NCBI GenBank assembly: GCA_001662655.1
Contig: KV460226.1
Source: Pseudogymnoascus verrucosus
Lineage: Eukaryota
Strand: one strand, 5' to 3'
Length of the DNA: 64,000 nt
Shown here: positions 1 to 14,901 of the stretch, one piece after another
Layout of the letters: every line of letters starts with the position of its first letter
How positions within the stretch are numbered: position 1 is the first letter of the stretch
The notes under the pieces: generated by a model
Seen by the model: the letters and a program-made list of their open reading frames with translations, nothing else
Told to the model about the DNA's origin: nothing
The model's database searches: none
Position numbers and translations under genes: made by a program

Positions 1-1748
1 CATGAGCCCGAGGAGGATGATGATGGCGGACATGAAGGCTTGGAAGTCAACGATGTGGCATATGAACGGCTGATCCTCACACTTCCGCAGTAACAGCCAT
101 CGCTGTATTAATTCCCGACAGGCGTTAAGGCAACAGATCTTGGAGTAGTCGTAGCGTCTGTCGGTGGCTGAGCGAAGCATGAATGGTAAATGCACGAGGG
201 TCTCAATCTGATAGTGCCATAGCTGGCCGAGTAGGCGGTCCATCTCCTTCGTTACACCGTTAGAGTTCATTTTCTTCATGTACTCTTGAGTTGTTGGCAC
301 GTGCCACCAACATGGAAGCATGGTCTGCTTCAAGGTTTCGAGTGCTTCGTCAATCTGCTGCGTCTCGGCGTAGGCGTTGGATTCACCGGAGGAATTGCGT
401 TCGATGACACGGAGGGCAATGGTGCTGAGTTCCTTAATGTACAATTCTTCCTTGCTCAAGGAATCATATGCACCCTCTGGTTGCCCTGCGTAGGGGTCTT
501 TGGCAACGGCTGGTGGTAGGCCGAGGAGCAAGGTTCTGGCATAGAGTTAGAGGCCGCGAGGAAATGACAGCATATATACCACTTACAAATAAACGTCGCC
601 TTTCAAAAGGTGATAATAAATGTAGCTGCGGTGGATATCTTCTGGAGATAAAGGCATTGTGCTATCACGCTTGTTTTTGGCTGGGGACCGGTGGAGGCCC
701 ATTAGCTGTGCGATATTCAATGCCCGACGAAAGCTGAGCCATGCCCTCCGTAGATTTCCCACATTGATCTGGAAGCCTCCAAGCAAGATGAGACACTCGA
801 GACCTTCCACATTTCCAACAAGTTCGTCGTCAGAGGTCACGATATTCGTGATGATTGTCAGGCACTTCTCCATCCATGCAGAAGGCGTCGGCATTTCCAG
901 GGCTTTCAATTTAGACCCTTCTGATGATTGCTGGACACAGAGGCAGAGTGCAAGCAGGTGCCTTGCTATAGCTGCTGGGTGCCATGCCCGGACTTCCTCC
1001 ACCCCAACGGTAGGGATTCCGTAGGGCCTGTCCCCGGTTTGAATGGTAAGTTGTGATAAATACTTATTCAGATACCACCACTCGTTGGCACGGCTTGTCA
1101 GGAGATCACAATCTGCCTGAGAGGGAAGAAGGCGGTACAAGGTACGACGAACGGTGTCTATCTTGTTACACGTATCCATCGATGAGCAGCTGGTTGTGGA
1201 GCCCGGGGTAGGCATTTGCCGCACATGCTGTGGAACAGGAGGCCGGCTCAACTATTACCGTTAATTTCTATTATAAGGAGACAGACAAATCTGGAACTTA
1301 CAACACTATTGTCGAAGAGAGACATAATCGGGGCGTTTCCATACTCGGTATGGCCGCCCTCGTCAGTCGGCACAATCACATCGATACCAATGCATGATGC
1401 GGAGGCTTCTAGATTGTCCGCCGCTTCTTCAGCAGGAGTAGATCTATCGATGCTCGGCGAGACCTTTGTTATCAGCTTCTCCAACAGCTCTTCGACCCTG
1501 CCAAGCCGGTGGCCAAGTCCAGTATTATTTGAACTTGAGCGCTCAGCATCATCGAGGAACTCTTGAGAAACGCATGATGTGCCTCTGTCTAGACATCCTT
1601 TGCATGTGGGCTCACTATCGTCGCCAAATATGCACCTGATTTTCCTACGCTTGCACTCCCAGCAACTTCGCGTCCCTTTTCTTACTCTTCGAACTCTCTT
1701 GTCACGGTGCTCGTCATTGCCATCGTTGGATATGTGCGACGGCGACAT
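1..1748 (-). CDS. Zn(II)2Cys6 fungal transcription factor with middle homology region; 3' end runs off the window
   Basis: CWECKRRKIRC-x7-CKGC-x6-C binuclear cluster; GT-AG introns 1252-1301 and 536-586 splice in frame (GDVYLTLLLGLP); GNLRRAW..FRRAL..AQLMGLHR motif. Confidence 0.92.
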
Positions 1749-2264
1749 CGTGACACAGGCGAGATTTCCTTCAGCCTTATACAGAGAAATTTGTAAACAC
1801 TGACAGGCTCATATCTTTAATTCTGTGCAGCATGCGCCTGGTTGTCTTGAATTGTCATCATCATTGTGATATGTCAGCTTGTCCGCCGTGATTCGGCCGA
1901 ATTAGCCCGGTTTTGTGGAGTTCTCAAAAATCCCGTCAAATTTTGACCATATCAGATAGAACAGAGAGAACATGACATGAGAAACAATATGAAATTTAAC
2001 ACCACCTATAATACATTAAACGACCTTTTTAATGATTATAAGTTCAAGATCCCGAAATATGTCTGAACCAGGGATGTGTGACAGCACCATCAAAGTCACG
2101 TGCATACGTATTTCCTCGGAGCTCGGCTCATCATAATTCCGCATCCCAGAGAAATGTTCGCGAGTCCATCAACGGGGTGACCTCCAAGAACGGCAGCAGC
2201 AACTCCCAATTCGACCGCCAACCTCTTCCCAGACAGAGCGCGACGCCGCAGAGCCACTACAGCC

Positions 2265-2942
2265 ATGCCGCCCAGGCTCCCCTCCCAACCGATTCTCTAT
2301 TTCACGCGCTGCTTCTCCACCACCCCACAAACCCTCGCCAAGTCGACAGAGAAGCGCCTGGCTTTCGAACACAGCGCCATCCCGCCATACCCCTACGGAG
2401 CCTCGAGATGGTATAAGCAGTCCAACTTTGGCCTGTACGGCATGCAGAAGATTCGCTTCGGAAACATGGTGTCTGAGAGGAACGAGATCAAGACCCGCCG
2501 CTACTGGCGACCGAACGTGCACCAGAAGCGCCTGTGGAGTGTGGCCCTCGGGAAGTTCTTGAGGTTGAGAGTCACAGCTAGGGTGCTGAGGACGGTTGAT
2601 AAGTGTGGTGGACTTGATGAGTACCTGTTGGGCGACAAGGCAGGGAGGATCAAGGAGCTCGGAATGGGGGGATGGAAGTTGAGGTGGAGAGTTATGCAGT
2701 CCGAGTCTGTTAAGGAGAGGTTTAGAGCCGAGCGAGAGGCGCTGGGCCTGCCGCCGAAGGAGGAGGTGCTTATTGGAGAGGATGGGCTGCCAGTCACGCA
2801 AGAACAGGTTGCAGAGGAGATACAGAAGTACGACGATGCGCTAGCTAAGGATGTGGAGATTGATATTGGCGAGGACGAGCCTGAAGTTAAGGATGTACAG
2901 TTTATGGCCGAGGAGGGAAAGCCGGGAAAGGTTACGGTATAG
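2265..2942 (+). CDS. MRPL24: Mitochondrial large-subunit ribosomal protein L24 (bL28m family)
   Basis: YKQSNFGLYG..IRFGN.VSE..EIKTRRYWRPN..KRLWS..L..TVDKCGGLDEYLL motifs; basic N-terminal presequence. Confidence 0.93.
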   Translation: MPPRLPSQPILYFTRCFSTTPQTLAKSTEKRLAFEHSAIPPYPYGASRWYKQSNFGLYGMQKIRFGNMVSERNEIKTRRYWRPNVHQKRLWSVALGKFLRLRVTARVLRTVDKCGGLDEYLLGDKAGRIKELGMGGWKLRWRVMQSESVKERFRAEREALGLPPKEEVLIGEDGLPVTQEQVAEEIQKYDDALAKDVEIDIGEDEPEVKDVQFMAEEGKPGKVTV

Positions 2943-3125
2943 AGGGATATTAGAATCATGAGCCGGTTTGGCTTTGTACGATCAATGTAAAACAACATGT
3001 TACCTTCACCCATATCGAAAATGCGTATATATCATAAATGCGGTCATGATTTTGTCAGCAATGAATTCCATGATATTATTTGGGGCTTGCACCTTTATAT
3101 AGATTCATCATCCATCGTACAAGGC

Positions 3126-5147
3126 TCAAGCAAGTCTGACACCAGCCTGTCTCTGCTTTTTCAACTGTTGGCCAACGGCGCCGCTCATGCCCGTCAGCTG
3201 GCTGGAGTCCAGTAAACTCTGTGCCTCTCTCCTCTTCTCGTCCTCAATCTTCTTCAACAACTTCTCTGTCTTCTGTTTGCCGCTTCCCTTGCCATGGAAC
3301 TGATGACTAAGGTGCTTGAAGGCTTCTTTCTGGTTCATATTTCGCCCGAACTCATCAGTATATTTAAGCTCCACATTCGGCCTATATTCCTTATTGAAAT
3401 GTTCCGCAAGTTGCCTCGACTCCTGCTGATCACGGTAGGTGTTCTGCTGGCGTGCGTAGTCCTCCTTCTCTCGTGCGGACATTCGGTCGAGGCGCCCAGT
3501 GGCACGATCCCTCTCACGTTGCTGGCGTGCCTTGAGTTCGGCGGCAGCTTCCCTCCGCTGCTTCTCGGCGAGGAAAAGTTGCTTCTCTCTGAAGATGGCA
3601 TTGCGATCACCAGATTCCGAGGTCTTGAGAATACCTCTATCCTTGAGGAGCTTCAGTGTCGAACCTAGGCCCTTATCAAGGGTGGCCTCGTCATCCATTC
3701 CCATACTGGAAATATTCTCCTCCTCGCGCTTGAGGCGCTCCTGCAAATCCTCGTGATCTTCAATATTAGCATATGATTGCTGCTCCATATTGACATCTCC
3801 ATCTTCGTCTGACTCTGCGCCCATCGTTGTAGCGATATCTGTGTGTTTCGGTGCAACGCGCGGCCTCTTAACTTCCGGTGCCTCTGGCTTCTGAAGATTG
3901 GCTACAAATTCCGAGGTCTCATCTATCACAAGCCCCGTCGACTCTTCTTCTTCAGTAGTGTCAGGGGTAGCAGCTTCCGCACGAAGTTGCTTTGCGATAT
4001 CCTCGGGCCTGACTCGCTTCCTTTTCTTGAGCGCATTCCGCCGTTGTGCCGCAAGTGATGCTTGTAGGTCGTCGTCATCAACGAATGAGACGTCTTCGTA
4101 TGTTCGCTTCTTTATAATCCGGGCTCCCGAGTCAATTTCCATATCGTTGCTATCCGCTAGTACTTCATCCACTGGTGGGACAATGTCGTCTTCATCGACG
4201 GCCCTCTGCCTTGTAGACTTGGCCTTCTTCTTCTTTGGCTTGCGGATCTTGATATCTGCAGCATCTATATAATCAGAAGATGGCTCGTCCTCTTGAAAAA
4301 AATTAGCACTGAATCGTTCCCAATAGCCGTACAAAGACTTACTCAAAAAATCAAGGCTGATAGCCTTTGGTTTCATTCCCAGTGTTGCGCCACTTTTGAT
4401 CGCTTCCAGTTGCTCTTTTGTGCTTCCCTGCCCATCCAGAGTGAACCTGCTGGATTTTTTGCCCTCAATCTCAACATCATAATGCGATAAAATGGTCCTA
4501 TCCTCCGAGTCATCGATATCGTTGGGGTTGTAAACCGGCTTCTTCTTCTTCAATTCCAACAAATCCTTGAGCTTTTCCCGCTCTCTCAGATCTGTGTTCT
4601 CCAGCTCATCTCCTTCCTCTTCATTCTCGTCAATAGTTGTGTCCTTCAGGGTAAGGACGTGGTCCTCTCCTTCCTGGAATGTGCCCAGCTCATGGCCAAC
4701 CTTGACTCCCGCGAGATCCTTTTCCGTATATTCCGCTTCCTTCTCAGCCTCTATTCGTTCCTTTTCGAGTTTTCGAGCCTTCTCAATCTCGCGTTGGCGC
4801 TTCTTTTGTTTGATGAGCCAGCTCTTAGCATCCTGGTCGCCCTCGTCGGCCTCCCCGAGGCCCTTGCCTTCGAGTTTGGCGAATCGTCTCGCAGCATCGC
4901 GAGCCTTCTTGATGGCCTCTGCTTTCGCATCCCGCTTGCGCCTGGCTTCTTCGGCATCTTGAAGCTTCTGGTAATTCGCGTAGCTTTCTGCTTGTCGCGA
5001 CTCAAGAGTGCTCGCCACTTCTTCGTCGTCCGGAGAGGATTTGGTGGCGTCTTTGAAAACGGGCCCGACTCCTGGTACTGGCAAAGGCGCCAGTCCCAGT
5101 GATATACGAAGTCGATTCGTTTCTTCGATAGATATTGCGCTCGCCAT
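3126..5147 (-). CDS. SNU66: SART-1/Snu66 U4/U6.U5 tri-snRNP protein; one 51-nt intron (4292-4342)
   Basis: N-terminal HIND motif SIEETNRLRISLGLAPL; C-terminal KEAFKHLSHQFHGKGSGKQKTEK; GTAAGT..GCTAAT..AAG intron. Confidence 0.93.
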   Translation of the reverse strand: MASAISIEETNRLRISLGLAPLPVPGVGPVFKDATKSSPDDEEVASTLESRQAESYANYQKLQDAEEARRKRDAKAEAIKKARDAARRFAKLEGKGLGEADEGDQDAKSWLIKQKKRQREIEKARKLEKERIEAEKEAEYTEKDLAGVKVGHELGTFQEGEDHVLTLKDTTIDENEEEGDELENTDLREREKLKDLLELKKKKPVYNPNDIDDSEDRTILSHYDVEIEGKKSSRFTLDGQGSTKEQLEAIKSGATLGMKPKAISLDFLSKSLYGYWERFSANFFQEDEPSSDYIDAADIKIRKPKKKKAKSTRQRAVDEDDIVPPVDEVLADSNDMEIDSGARIIKKRTYEDVSFVDDDDLQASLAAQRRNALKKRKRVRPEDIAKQLRAEAATPDTTEEEESTGLVIDETSEFVANLQKPEAPEVKRPRVAPKHTDIATTMGAESDEDGDVNMEQQSYANIEDHEDLQERLKREEENISSMGMDDEATLDKGLGSTLKLLKDRGILKTSESGDRNAIFREKQLFLAEKQRREAAAELKARQQRERDRATGRLDRMSAREKEDYARQQNTYRDQQESRQLAEHFNKEYRPNVELKYTDEFGRNMNQKEAFKHLSHQFHGKGSGKQKTEKLLKKIEDEKRREAQSLLDSSQLTGMSGAVGQQLKKQRQAGVRLA

Positions 5148-7008
5148 ATTGAGTTGTGAGTAGGTGGACTTTTGAATCGTTGTGTTGGTTCAAATCCAGT
5201 CCGTTGTGATGGAGGCAACGAGGCGACATGAGGCTGAGGCTACCAATTTCAGTATCTTGGCATGACGGGCGCATGCGCTAGCTTACTAAGCTAAGCCAGT
5301 TTAGCGTCTACAACTATTCACTTTTCCACGCGCCTTCATCTTCTTCACATTATATTCCAGATTTGAAGCCAGTGATTGTTTTATTTGGCTGCCTGGATCT
5401 ATGAAGTGAAGTTGATTATTGAATTAGTTTGGCCGCCTATACAGGCTTGCTGAGGTCAAAATGCCAATTTCCCATCAACAGATCTCTATACTGGTACTTC
5501 CAAAGCTTAGACTGGTGATACAATCTGGATTTTGATGATGAGATATTCAGGGCCTCATATTCTACTTACTTTTTCCTGTGGTCATTCCGTTGTGAGATTG
5601 GGATATGCTACATGCACCGTCTTCGGGCTGCCTGTTCTTTTGCGAAGAAGCCCTTTAAGGGGCAGTTCAGCAGATGATCGATTCGATGAAGACAGAGATG
5701 CAGAGTGAAGACGGATGTCGGCACCGTGAGCCATAGACACCCTGTGCGGTTTGGAAGAGTGATTATTTTATTCACATATCCCACTTGCTGAGCGATATAT
5801 CGAAACCGACGATAGCTTCAAAAGCGCGCTGTGGCTTATTCCTCACTTTCTTACCAACTCTCAGGCACAATTCGAACTGCCAATAGGGCCGAATTACTCT
5901 GTGAAAGGGCTGGATAAATTGGATTCATATCCCGTCTCACCAGCCACTTCCGAGGCTCTTTTGATGCCCCTCTGGCCAATATGGCGCCTTCGACAGTGGA
6001 TAATATGGCCTACAAGACCACAAAATCACTACATCGGGCCGTTCCTGAAAAAAGCAACATTGTAGTGCATATCCCACATGCGAGAAGCAGCATGCCAAAC
6101 TCGTTTTTTTCATATATAGCCACTAGTAATAATCATCGGACGGCAACTATTGACCGCCGGAGGCGTGCCGTGGACGCCTTTAAACCCCCCTGTAGGGCTT
6201 ATTGATCCTGCGGCTTGGCTAAGAATCACGTCGTATGCCCATCGAGACACCCCATTTACACCATTATCCTGTATGATCGGCTTCTTTAATCGGCTAAGAC
6301 TACGCGTGGCAGTGTGATGAAGAAGGCTATTTAGCGGCGTTTCCTCGGCGAGCGGCTGATCCATGGGGAAATCTGCAAAGTTCCTTGAATAGACGTGATA
6401 ATACCTGTACGCGCATCCGTAGCTGCCGAGTGTCGGCCGCATAAACGAATAAACAAGTGAGGGGCATGTCTTCAATGGCAAGAGTAGCCGCGCGCACTAT
6501 ATATTAGAGTGCAGAGACTCCACGATCGGCACGTAACGGCAGGCACCGAGAAATCGGATTGGTGGTGCTGGAAAAGCCCTAGGAAAAGGGCCGTCTCGTC
6601 CTGTTCACGAGTTGCATGGATGCTTTTTTCAGTAAGCTTTTCCCCGCGCACGTGGAAATAATCAATATGGGGACCCCGCATCGGCGCATATGCACGGCGG
6701 GTCCTTGCTTTTACAGTGCGTTGGGCTCACGAGATGTTCCGTTCACGAGACAGTTGTAAGCTGCCAAAGTCAACGGTGATGGATGCACTGAAACAACCCC
6801 GATTGAAAGTGACTGTATTGCCGTGAATTAACGGATGACTTGTACAGGTCGTAGCTTCCTCATTTTATCTTCGCGAATCACATCAGACAAACAGACATGT
6901 GCTCCATGATGTAAGTGAGGAAATGGGATATTGGCGGTAAGTGAGACATTTTGGCTCAGGTGCCGACACGAAGTCGCACTCGACGCCACAAACTGCCACC
7001 GAAGCCCA

Positions 7009-7142
7009 CCTCTTAGCTTGCCCATCCAGGAGGACAGAGCCCACTATCGCCGCATCATTTCCGCTTTTAGTTGTTCCTCTTAGCTTGCCCATCCAGGAGG
7101 ACAGAGCCCACTATCGCCGCATCATTTCCGCTTTTAGTTGTT
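7009..7142. repeat. Perfect tandem duplication, 2 x 67 bp, in the glucoamylase promoter
   Basis: cctcttagcttgcccatccagg...ccgcttttagttgtt at 7009-7075 and 7076-7142. Confidence 0.97.
7050..7130 (-). promoter_or_regulatory. Two AmyR-type CGG-N8-CGG sites (7050-7063, 7117-7130); CreA-type SYGGRG at 7164-7169 and TATA box at 7284-7290 nearby
   Basis: Minus-strand CGGAAATGATGCGG twice, ~250-330 bp upstream of the glucoamylase ATG. Confidence 0.7.
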
Positions 7143-7378
7143 CGCCGAGAAGATGGCGCCTCTCTCCAGGTACGATAGATACGATATAGGCTCATTAAGA
7201 TGCCTTCGCAGGCTTCACTGTCGGCCCGTCTTGACCCCACTGACATTTGTCTCTGAATAGACGGGTCCAAGACTCAAATCCTCTATATAAGTCTCATGAG
7301 GGCGCTCTTCATTCAGCTCCCTCTTCATCGCCGATCCCACTTCGCTTCTTCCATAATCCCTTCACCATCAAGTTCATC

Positions 7379-9455
<2,077 letters not shown>

Positions 9456-9846
9456 GCGGAAATCATGAGGCGGAGATGGATGCGCGAGTCTGGGGGTTGC
9501 TTTTGATTGTGAGAGCGAATAGCGAAAATAAACAAAGTCGGGCGGATTAAGCGGGGTGGTTATTATATATAAGGGGCGAGTTCGTTTACTCTGTACATAG
9601 AATACCTATTAGTTATCAAATGCATGCGAGGAATTTCATCTCTTAATCTGCGGTTCTCACATTGCTTGTTCCTGGTTCCTGGCAGCGGCTTATAAGTTAT
9701 CACAGCCTCGTCGCGTTGACATCCACAAGGCTGACACCCATCACAGCCTCGCCACCCAACCCCCACCTTGCCATCAACATACAGCCATACAGACAGTTCC
9801 ACCACAAGATCTCCCCATAAATCTGCCATCTATACAAACCCCCACA

Positions 9847-10648
9847 ATGTCCCATCACTGCCATGATGAACACGATGGCCACGGCCACTCCCACGGCGAC
9901 GACGGCGCCCACGACCACAGCGACGACATCACCCCCGCGATCCAGCACTCGCTATACCAACACATCGACTTCGACGCCATCACGACGCTGAATGAGGCTG
10001 TTGCTGGGTCTGGGGCGGCGGTGGTGAAGAAGACGTGGGCGGAGCGGTTGGAGGATGTGCCGGAGGTGGGGAGTGATGCTGATGAGCAGCTTTTGATGCA
10101 TATTCCGTGAGTCGTCCTCCCCTCGCCAGACACCCCGGCGGCCCCTCCACAAACCCCCCCCCGAACAGTTCTTGGGTGGGCGCGGCTGTTACTGGTGGTG
10201 GAATTTAGCAGGAGCTGATCTGACTGAACCGCGTGGCAGGTTTACGGGCCAAATCAAGCTTCACTCGATACTAATCCGCACCTCTCTCTCCCCTTCCGCC
10301 CCCCGCACACTCAAACTCTTCATAAACCGCACCGACATCGACTTCGACCTCGCCACCCAACTCCCCCCCACGCAAACCCTGCACCTCTCCCAAACCTCCG
10401 AGATCCAAGATATCCCCATCAAGCGCGCCTTATTCGGTAAAGTGCAGAGCTTGACGCTGTTTTTTGAGGATAGTTTTGGGGAGGGGGACGAGGAGGTTAG
10501 TAGGGTGGGTTATGTGGGGTTTAGGGGGGAGTGGATGAGGTTGGGGGGGGCGCCGGAGGGGGTGCTTTATGAGGCTGCGGCGAATCCGAGGGATCATAAG
10601 GTTAAGGGGGTGGGGGCGTTGGGGATGGGGAGTCGGTTGGGGGGGTGA
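9847..10648 (+). CDS. PITH-domain protein (PITHD1-like); intron 10107-10239
   Basis: His-rich N-terminus; SDADEQLLMHIPFTGQIKLHSI; APRTLKLFIN; LYEAAANPRDHK. Confidence 0.92.
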
Positions 10649-11206
10649 GGGGGAGGGGAAGGAGGGGTGATGAGATAGGGTTTGGGGAGGAGGGTTATAA
10701 CTGAAGATGCCATGGGATGAAAAGGGGATAGGATGGGAATCGAATTGGTCGTTGGTATGATTCAAGGTAACTCTGGACAGAAGTTACAGTACTCGTTTTG
10801 AGTTGCGAGACTTGGGAGAAGCGGCAGGGCCACAGCTGGGTTGTGAAAGCTATCATTATTAGTAGTAACTATGATTACTGAGGCATATGCAGATATAATG
10901 CAAACCTCCTAACTTAGAGCTGTTCAGGTACTCTTGAGAAGTTAAACTACCATGCCTTATCCCACAAAATAGGATTAAAAAGAACGAACACTTAAATCCC
11001 AAAGACACCTGTATACCACACCCTCCCATCTCGTCTCGTACAACTCCACCCCGCGTTATGCATATCATATGTATATGCAAGGTGGACCCCCTACTCCCAC
11101 ATCTCTCACAGCCCAACCCACCCAGGTAATGAGTCATATATCACCTCCACAACCCGACCCATCGACTACAAGAACCCACACAAGCAGTCTCCTCCCATCA
11201 AATCAA

Positions 11207-11278
11207 AGCAATTTGGCGCAGCGGAAGCGCGCCGGGCTCATAACCCGGAGGTCGCATGATCGAAACATGCAATTGCTA
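11207..11278 (+). tRNA. Initiator tRNA-Met (CAT), intronless
   Basis: Cloverleaf with acceptor stem AGCAATT/AATTGCT (A1:U72), CCGGG/CCCGG anticodon stem around CTCATAA, initiator-type T-loop GATCGAAAC, downstream oligo-T terminator. Confidence 0.95.
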
Positions 11279-12389
11279 ATTCTTTTGTGGTTTTTTTTGT
11301 CTTTTTGTTTTTATTTTTTATTTTTATTTCGGCAGTACTGTATTTTTTGGAGGGGTGGGTTTGCCGAGGGGTAAAAGTGCGAGGCTGAGGGGGAAGGCTG
11401 AGGGTGGTTTTTTTTGGGTGGTGATGATGCTCGCTTAGGGCTAGCGATGGGATTTTTATATGGAAGATGAAGGTGGGTGATCTGGGGAGCCTGGTTTACG
11501 CCATATGTGTTTTATATGGCGCAGTAGCAGTAGGGTAGCCAGAACCGAGTGAGGCATGCAGAGTGAGGGATGAGGGATATTCTAAAAAACCCCTTTCAAA
11601 GTCTGCGGGATTATCACAGCCAGCCACACACATCTGCTGCCTGGCCTGGTGCGGCTGTTTTGTCAACCTCAGCCTTGCATGAGCCGATGGATAGCCGCAT
11701 CATATACATATATACGGTAAGCGATGCCTTGGACAGTGGGAGGAAGATTGCCCCGGAATATGGGGGAAGAAGGGGTATGTTGTATGAGGCGGTGGATGCC
11801 GTGGCTTGCATGGAGTGGAGGAAGGGGCGTTTTTTTCTGGAGGGAGGGTGAGGTTGAGTGTGGGGAGTACGGTGGTAGTGGTAGTGGTGGTGGTGGTATG
11901 TGGTGAGGGGAGGGAGGGGGTTCGGGTAGCGGCGTATTGACAGCTACTTTGGCGACCGAGTCATGGTATGGCGTAATGTGGCTAGTAAATAGAGTCTATG
12001 CCTTCACTCACTTCATCTAGTATGGTGCCTGTTACTTCACCATATAATAACAATTTCCTCACTCATACCTCTCTCTTCTCTCTATTTTCCTGTTGTCGCC
12101 GTTTTTTACCTCACATGAAGACATATAATACTCGGCTCCAGACCGTTATCGATAAGAAACCACCCACAGTGAAAAAGCCGGACGTGCCCGCGCATCCATC
12201 CATCCCCACCAAATCCGTTTTTTTACACAAAAACAGTACGTACTCCATGCACAAATATACCATCTTAGTACTAACTTTACTCCAGTATCCAGTCCTTTGT
12301 GAGTCCAGAATTCTCTGCCTGGTCCTAAATGTCCTAAATCCCACTTTAATATCCCACTCCAGCTCCTACTTGCTCCTCTTTGCTCCATC

Positions 12390-12580
12390 CTTCTAAGCCC
12401 TTTGAGCCTTCTAAACCCTCTAAGCCCTCTAAGCCCCCCTCAATCCTGTACACAGCTCACAAAGAGGACCAGGGCCATCAAGCCGAACTCCCCACACCCG
12501 CTCTAGAGTATTCTACCCACTACCACCGCTTTTACCAGCCTTTTACAGCCTTTACCAGCCTTTACCACCCTTTACCAAAT
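12390..12580. repeat. Low-complexity degenerate 9-10 bp tandem repeats (ctaagccct; tttaccagcc)
   Basis: Units repeated 4-5 times each upstream of PTC2. Confidence 0.6.
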
Positions 12581-13076
12581 ACCTCCAAAAGTACCCTACC
12601 ACCCAATTCACTACTATAAGGTACTTAACACCCACAATTGCCCACTGCCAAATTAGCCTTGCCCACCACCCTCAATCGTCATCCCCCCATCAATCAACCA
12701 CCCACCACCACACATCCACCTTAACTACCAACAACCTGACCTAACCTCGTTCCCCCCCTTCCACCACCACCACCCCCTCCTCTTCCCGCATTCACGAAAT
12801 TCCTCACTTTCAAACTCGCGTGCCTGTGCAAATTCATATTTATTTGTTAAAACCCTCAACCACATCTCGACACTTTCGTGAAATCCTCATGAATATTGAC
12901 TTCTAGCCCACCATCCAACCCTATCGACCCTCCCACCTCGCCCACCGCCGACCCCGCACCTCCAATAGACACATTGCGATAATTTTCTCACCAACCCTTC
13001 TCTCAACCACTACGACTACGCGCTTGCCTGTCTGAATATCAGTGGTGTTGCAAAGTGCTCAGAATATCAGTTCGCC

Positions 13077-14901
13077 ATGGGCCAGACTCTCTCAGAGCCG
13101 GTTGTTGAAAAGGTGTGTGGTGTTTCTTTCTGCCTGTTATTTGGGGGCTGTGTGGTGTGGGTGGACGTGTCGAACTTTTCGGGTTGGCGACAACAATGGC
13201 CTTTCGTGACGAAATACGGTGTATATCATTGCAGTGGATGGGGATATACTATTTCCGCGTGTCGAGGCTGGGTTTGTGGTTGTTTGGGAATGCAGAGAGA
13301 CGTGCGGGTTTACCAACGGATGTTTGTGCTGACTCTTCCCTTTCTCACAGCACTCGTCCAGCGGCGGTGATGAGCGACTGATATACGGAATCTCATGTAT
13401 GCAAGGATGGCGTATCAGCATGGAAGATGCGCATGCCACGATTCTTGATCTACAGTCCCAGTCCGACAAGCCCAGGCAAGACGCGCCCGCAGATGAACGG
13501 CTCTCGTTCTTCGGAGTATACGACGGACACGGCGGAGCAAAGGTGGCCTTGTTCGCAGGTGACAATGTGCATCAGATCATCGCGAAGCAGGAGGCGTTCA
13601 AGAGAGGCGATATCGAGCAGGCGCTGAAGGATGGGTTTTTGGCGACGGACCGTGCGATTCTGAATGGTTAGCTTTGCTGCGCGCTGTAGACGTCATTCAT
13701 CTTTGCTGACGTTCTAGATCCACAATACGAGGATGAGGTCTCTGGTTGCACGGCTACGGTCGCAATCATCTCGGGAAAGAAGATCTACGTGGTAAGTTGT
13801 GGAGCGTATCTCGTGCCATTGTACGTGCTAATTGAGACAGGGTAACGCTGGAGACTCAAGAACCGTGCTGGGAGTAAAGGGACGCGCAAAGCCGCTCTCC
13901 TTTGACCACAAGCCGCAAAACGAAGGTATATATACTGCGGAACTCATGAAAGAGACCCAATCTAATGCGATATAACAGGCGAGAAGGCCCGTATCACGGC
14001 CGCTGGTGGCTTTGTTGATTTCGGAAGAGTCAACGGCAACCTGGCGCTCTCTCGTGCTCTTGGTGACTTTGAGTTCAAGAAGTCACATCAACTGGCGCCC
14101 GAGCAACAGATTGTCACCGCATACCCCGACGTAACGATCCATGACATCTCCGAGGACGATGAGTTTGTGGTTGTTGCCTGTGATGGTGAGATTGGAGGCA
14201 CATGAGACGTGGATTCTGGATTCTGCTAACACTGAAAAGGTATCTGGGATTGCCAGTCTTCGCAGGCTGTTGTCGAGTTTGTGAGGCGTGGAATTGCCGC
14301 CAAGCAGGACCTCGAGAAGATCTGTGAGAACATGATGGACAACTGCCTGGCCTCCAACTCGGAGACCGGCGGCGTTGGTTGTGACAACATGACCATGGCA
14401 GTCGTTGGTATCCTCAACGGGCAGACCAAGGAGGAGTGGTACGAGAAGATCGCACAGCGAGTTGCCAACGGGGAAGGCCCATGCGCCCCTGTTGAATATG
14501 GTCAGGACGGTTCATTATTCCCGGAGTTATTCTTCACTAATGCGTGGACAGCTGAGTTCCGCGGCCCCGGCGTTCACCACAACTTCGACGACAGCGACAG
14601 CGGGTACGACATGGACATGGACCAGCGGTCGAGAAACGTCGTCGCTGGCGGTAAGAAGGGGCGCATCATCCTCCTCGGCGACGGGACCGAGATCCTCACG
14701 GGCCCCGAGGACGCGGAGATGATCGACAACGAGGAGGAGGAGGAGGACCTCGCGAGCCAGGCACAGCCCGTCAAGGGCGAGGAGCACGACCACGTGCCGC
14801 TGCCGACGAGCGCCGCGATCCCGGACAAGATTACGAGGCCGATCGTCGACGTGAAGGAGAAGATACAGAATGTGGTCAAGGGAGAGGCGAAGAGCGAGTA
14901 A
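13077..14901 (+). CDS. PTC2: Protein phosphatase 2C Ptc2/Ptc3, multi-exon
   Basis: [61 protein letters not shown]. Confidence 0.96.
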
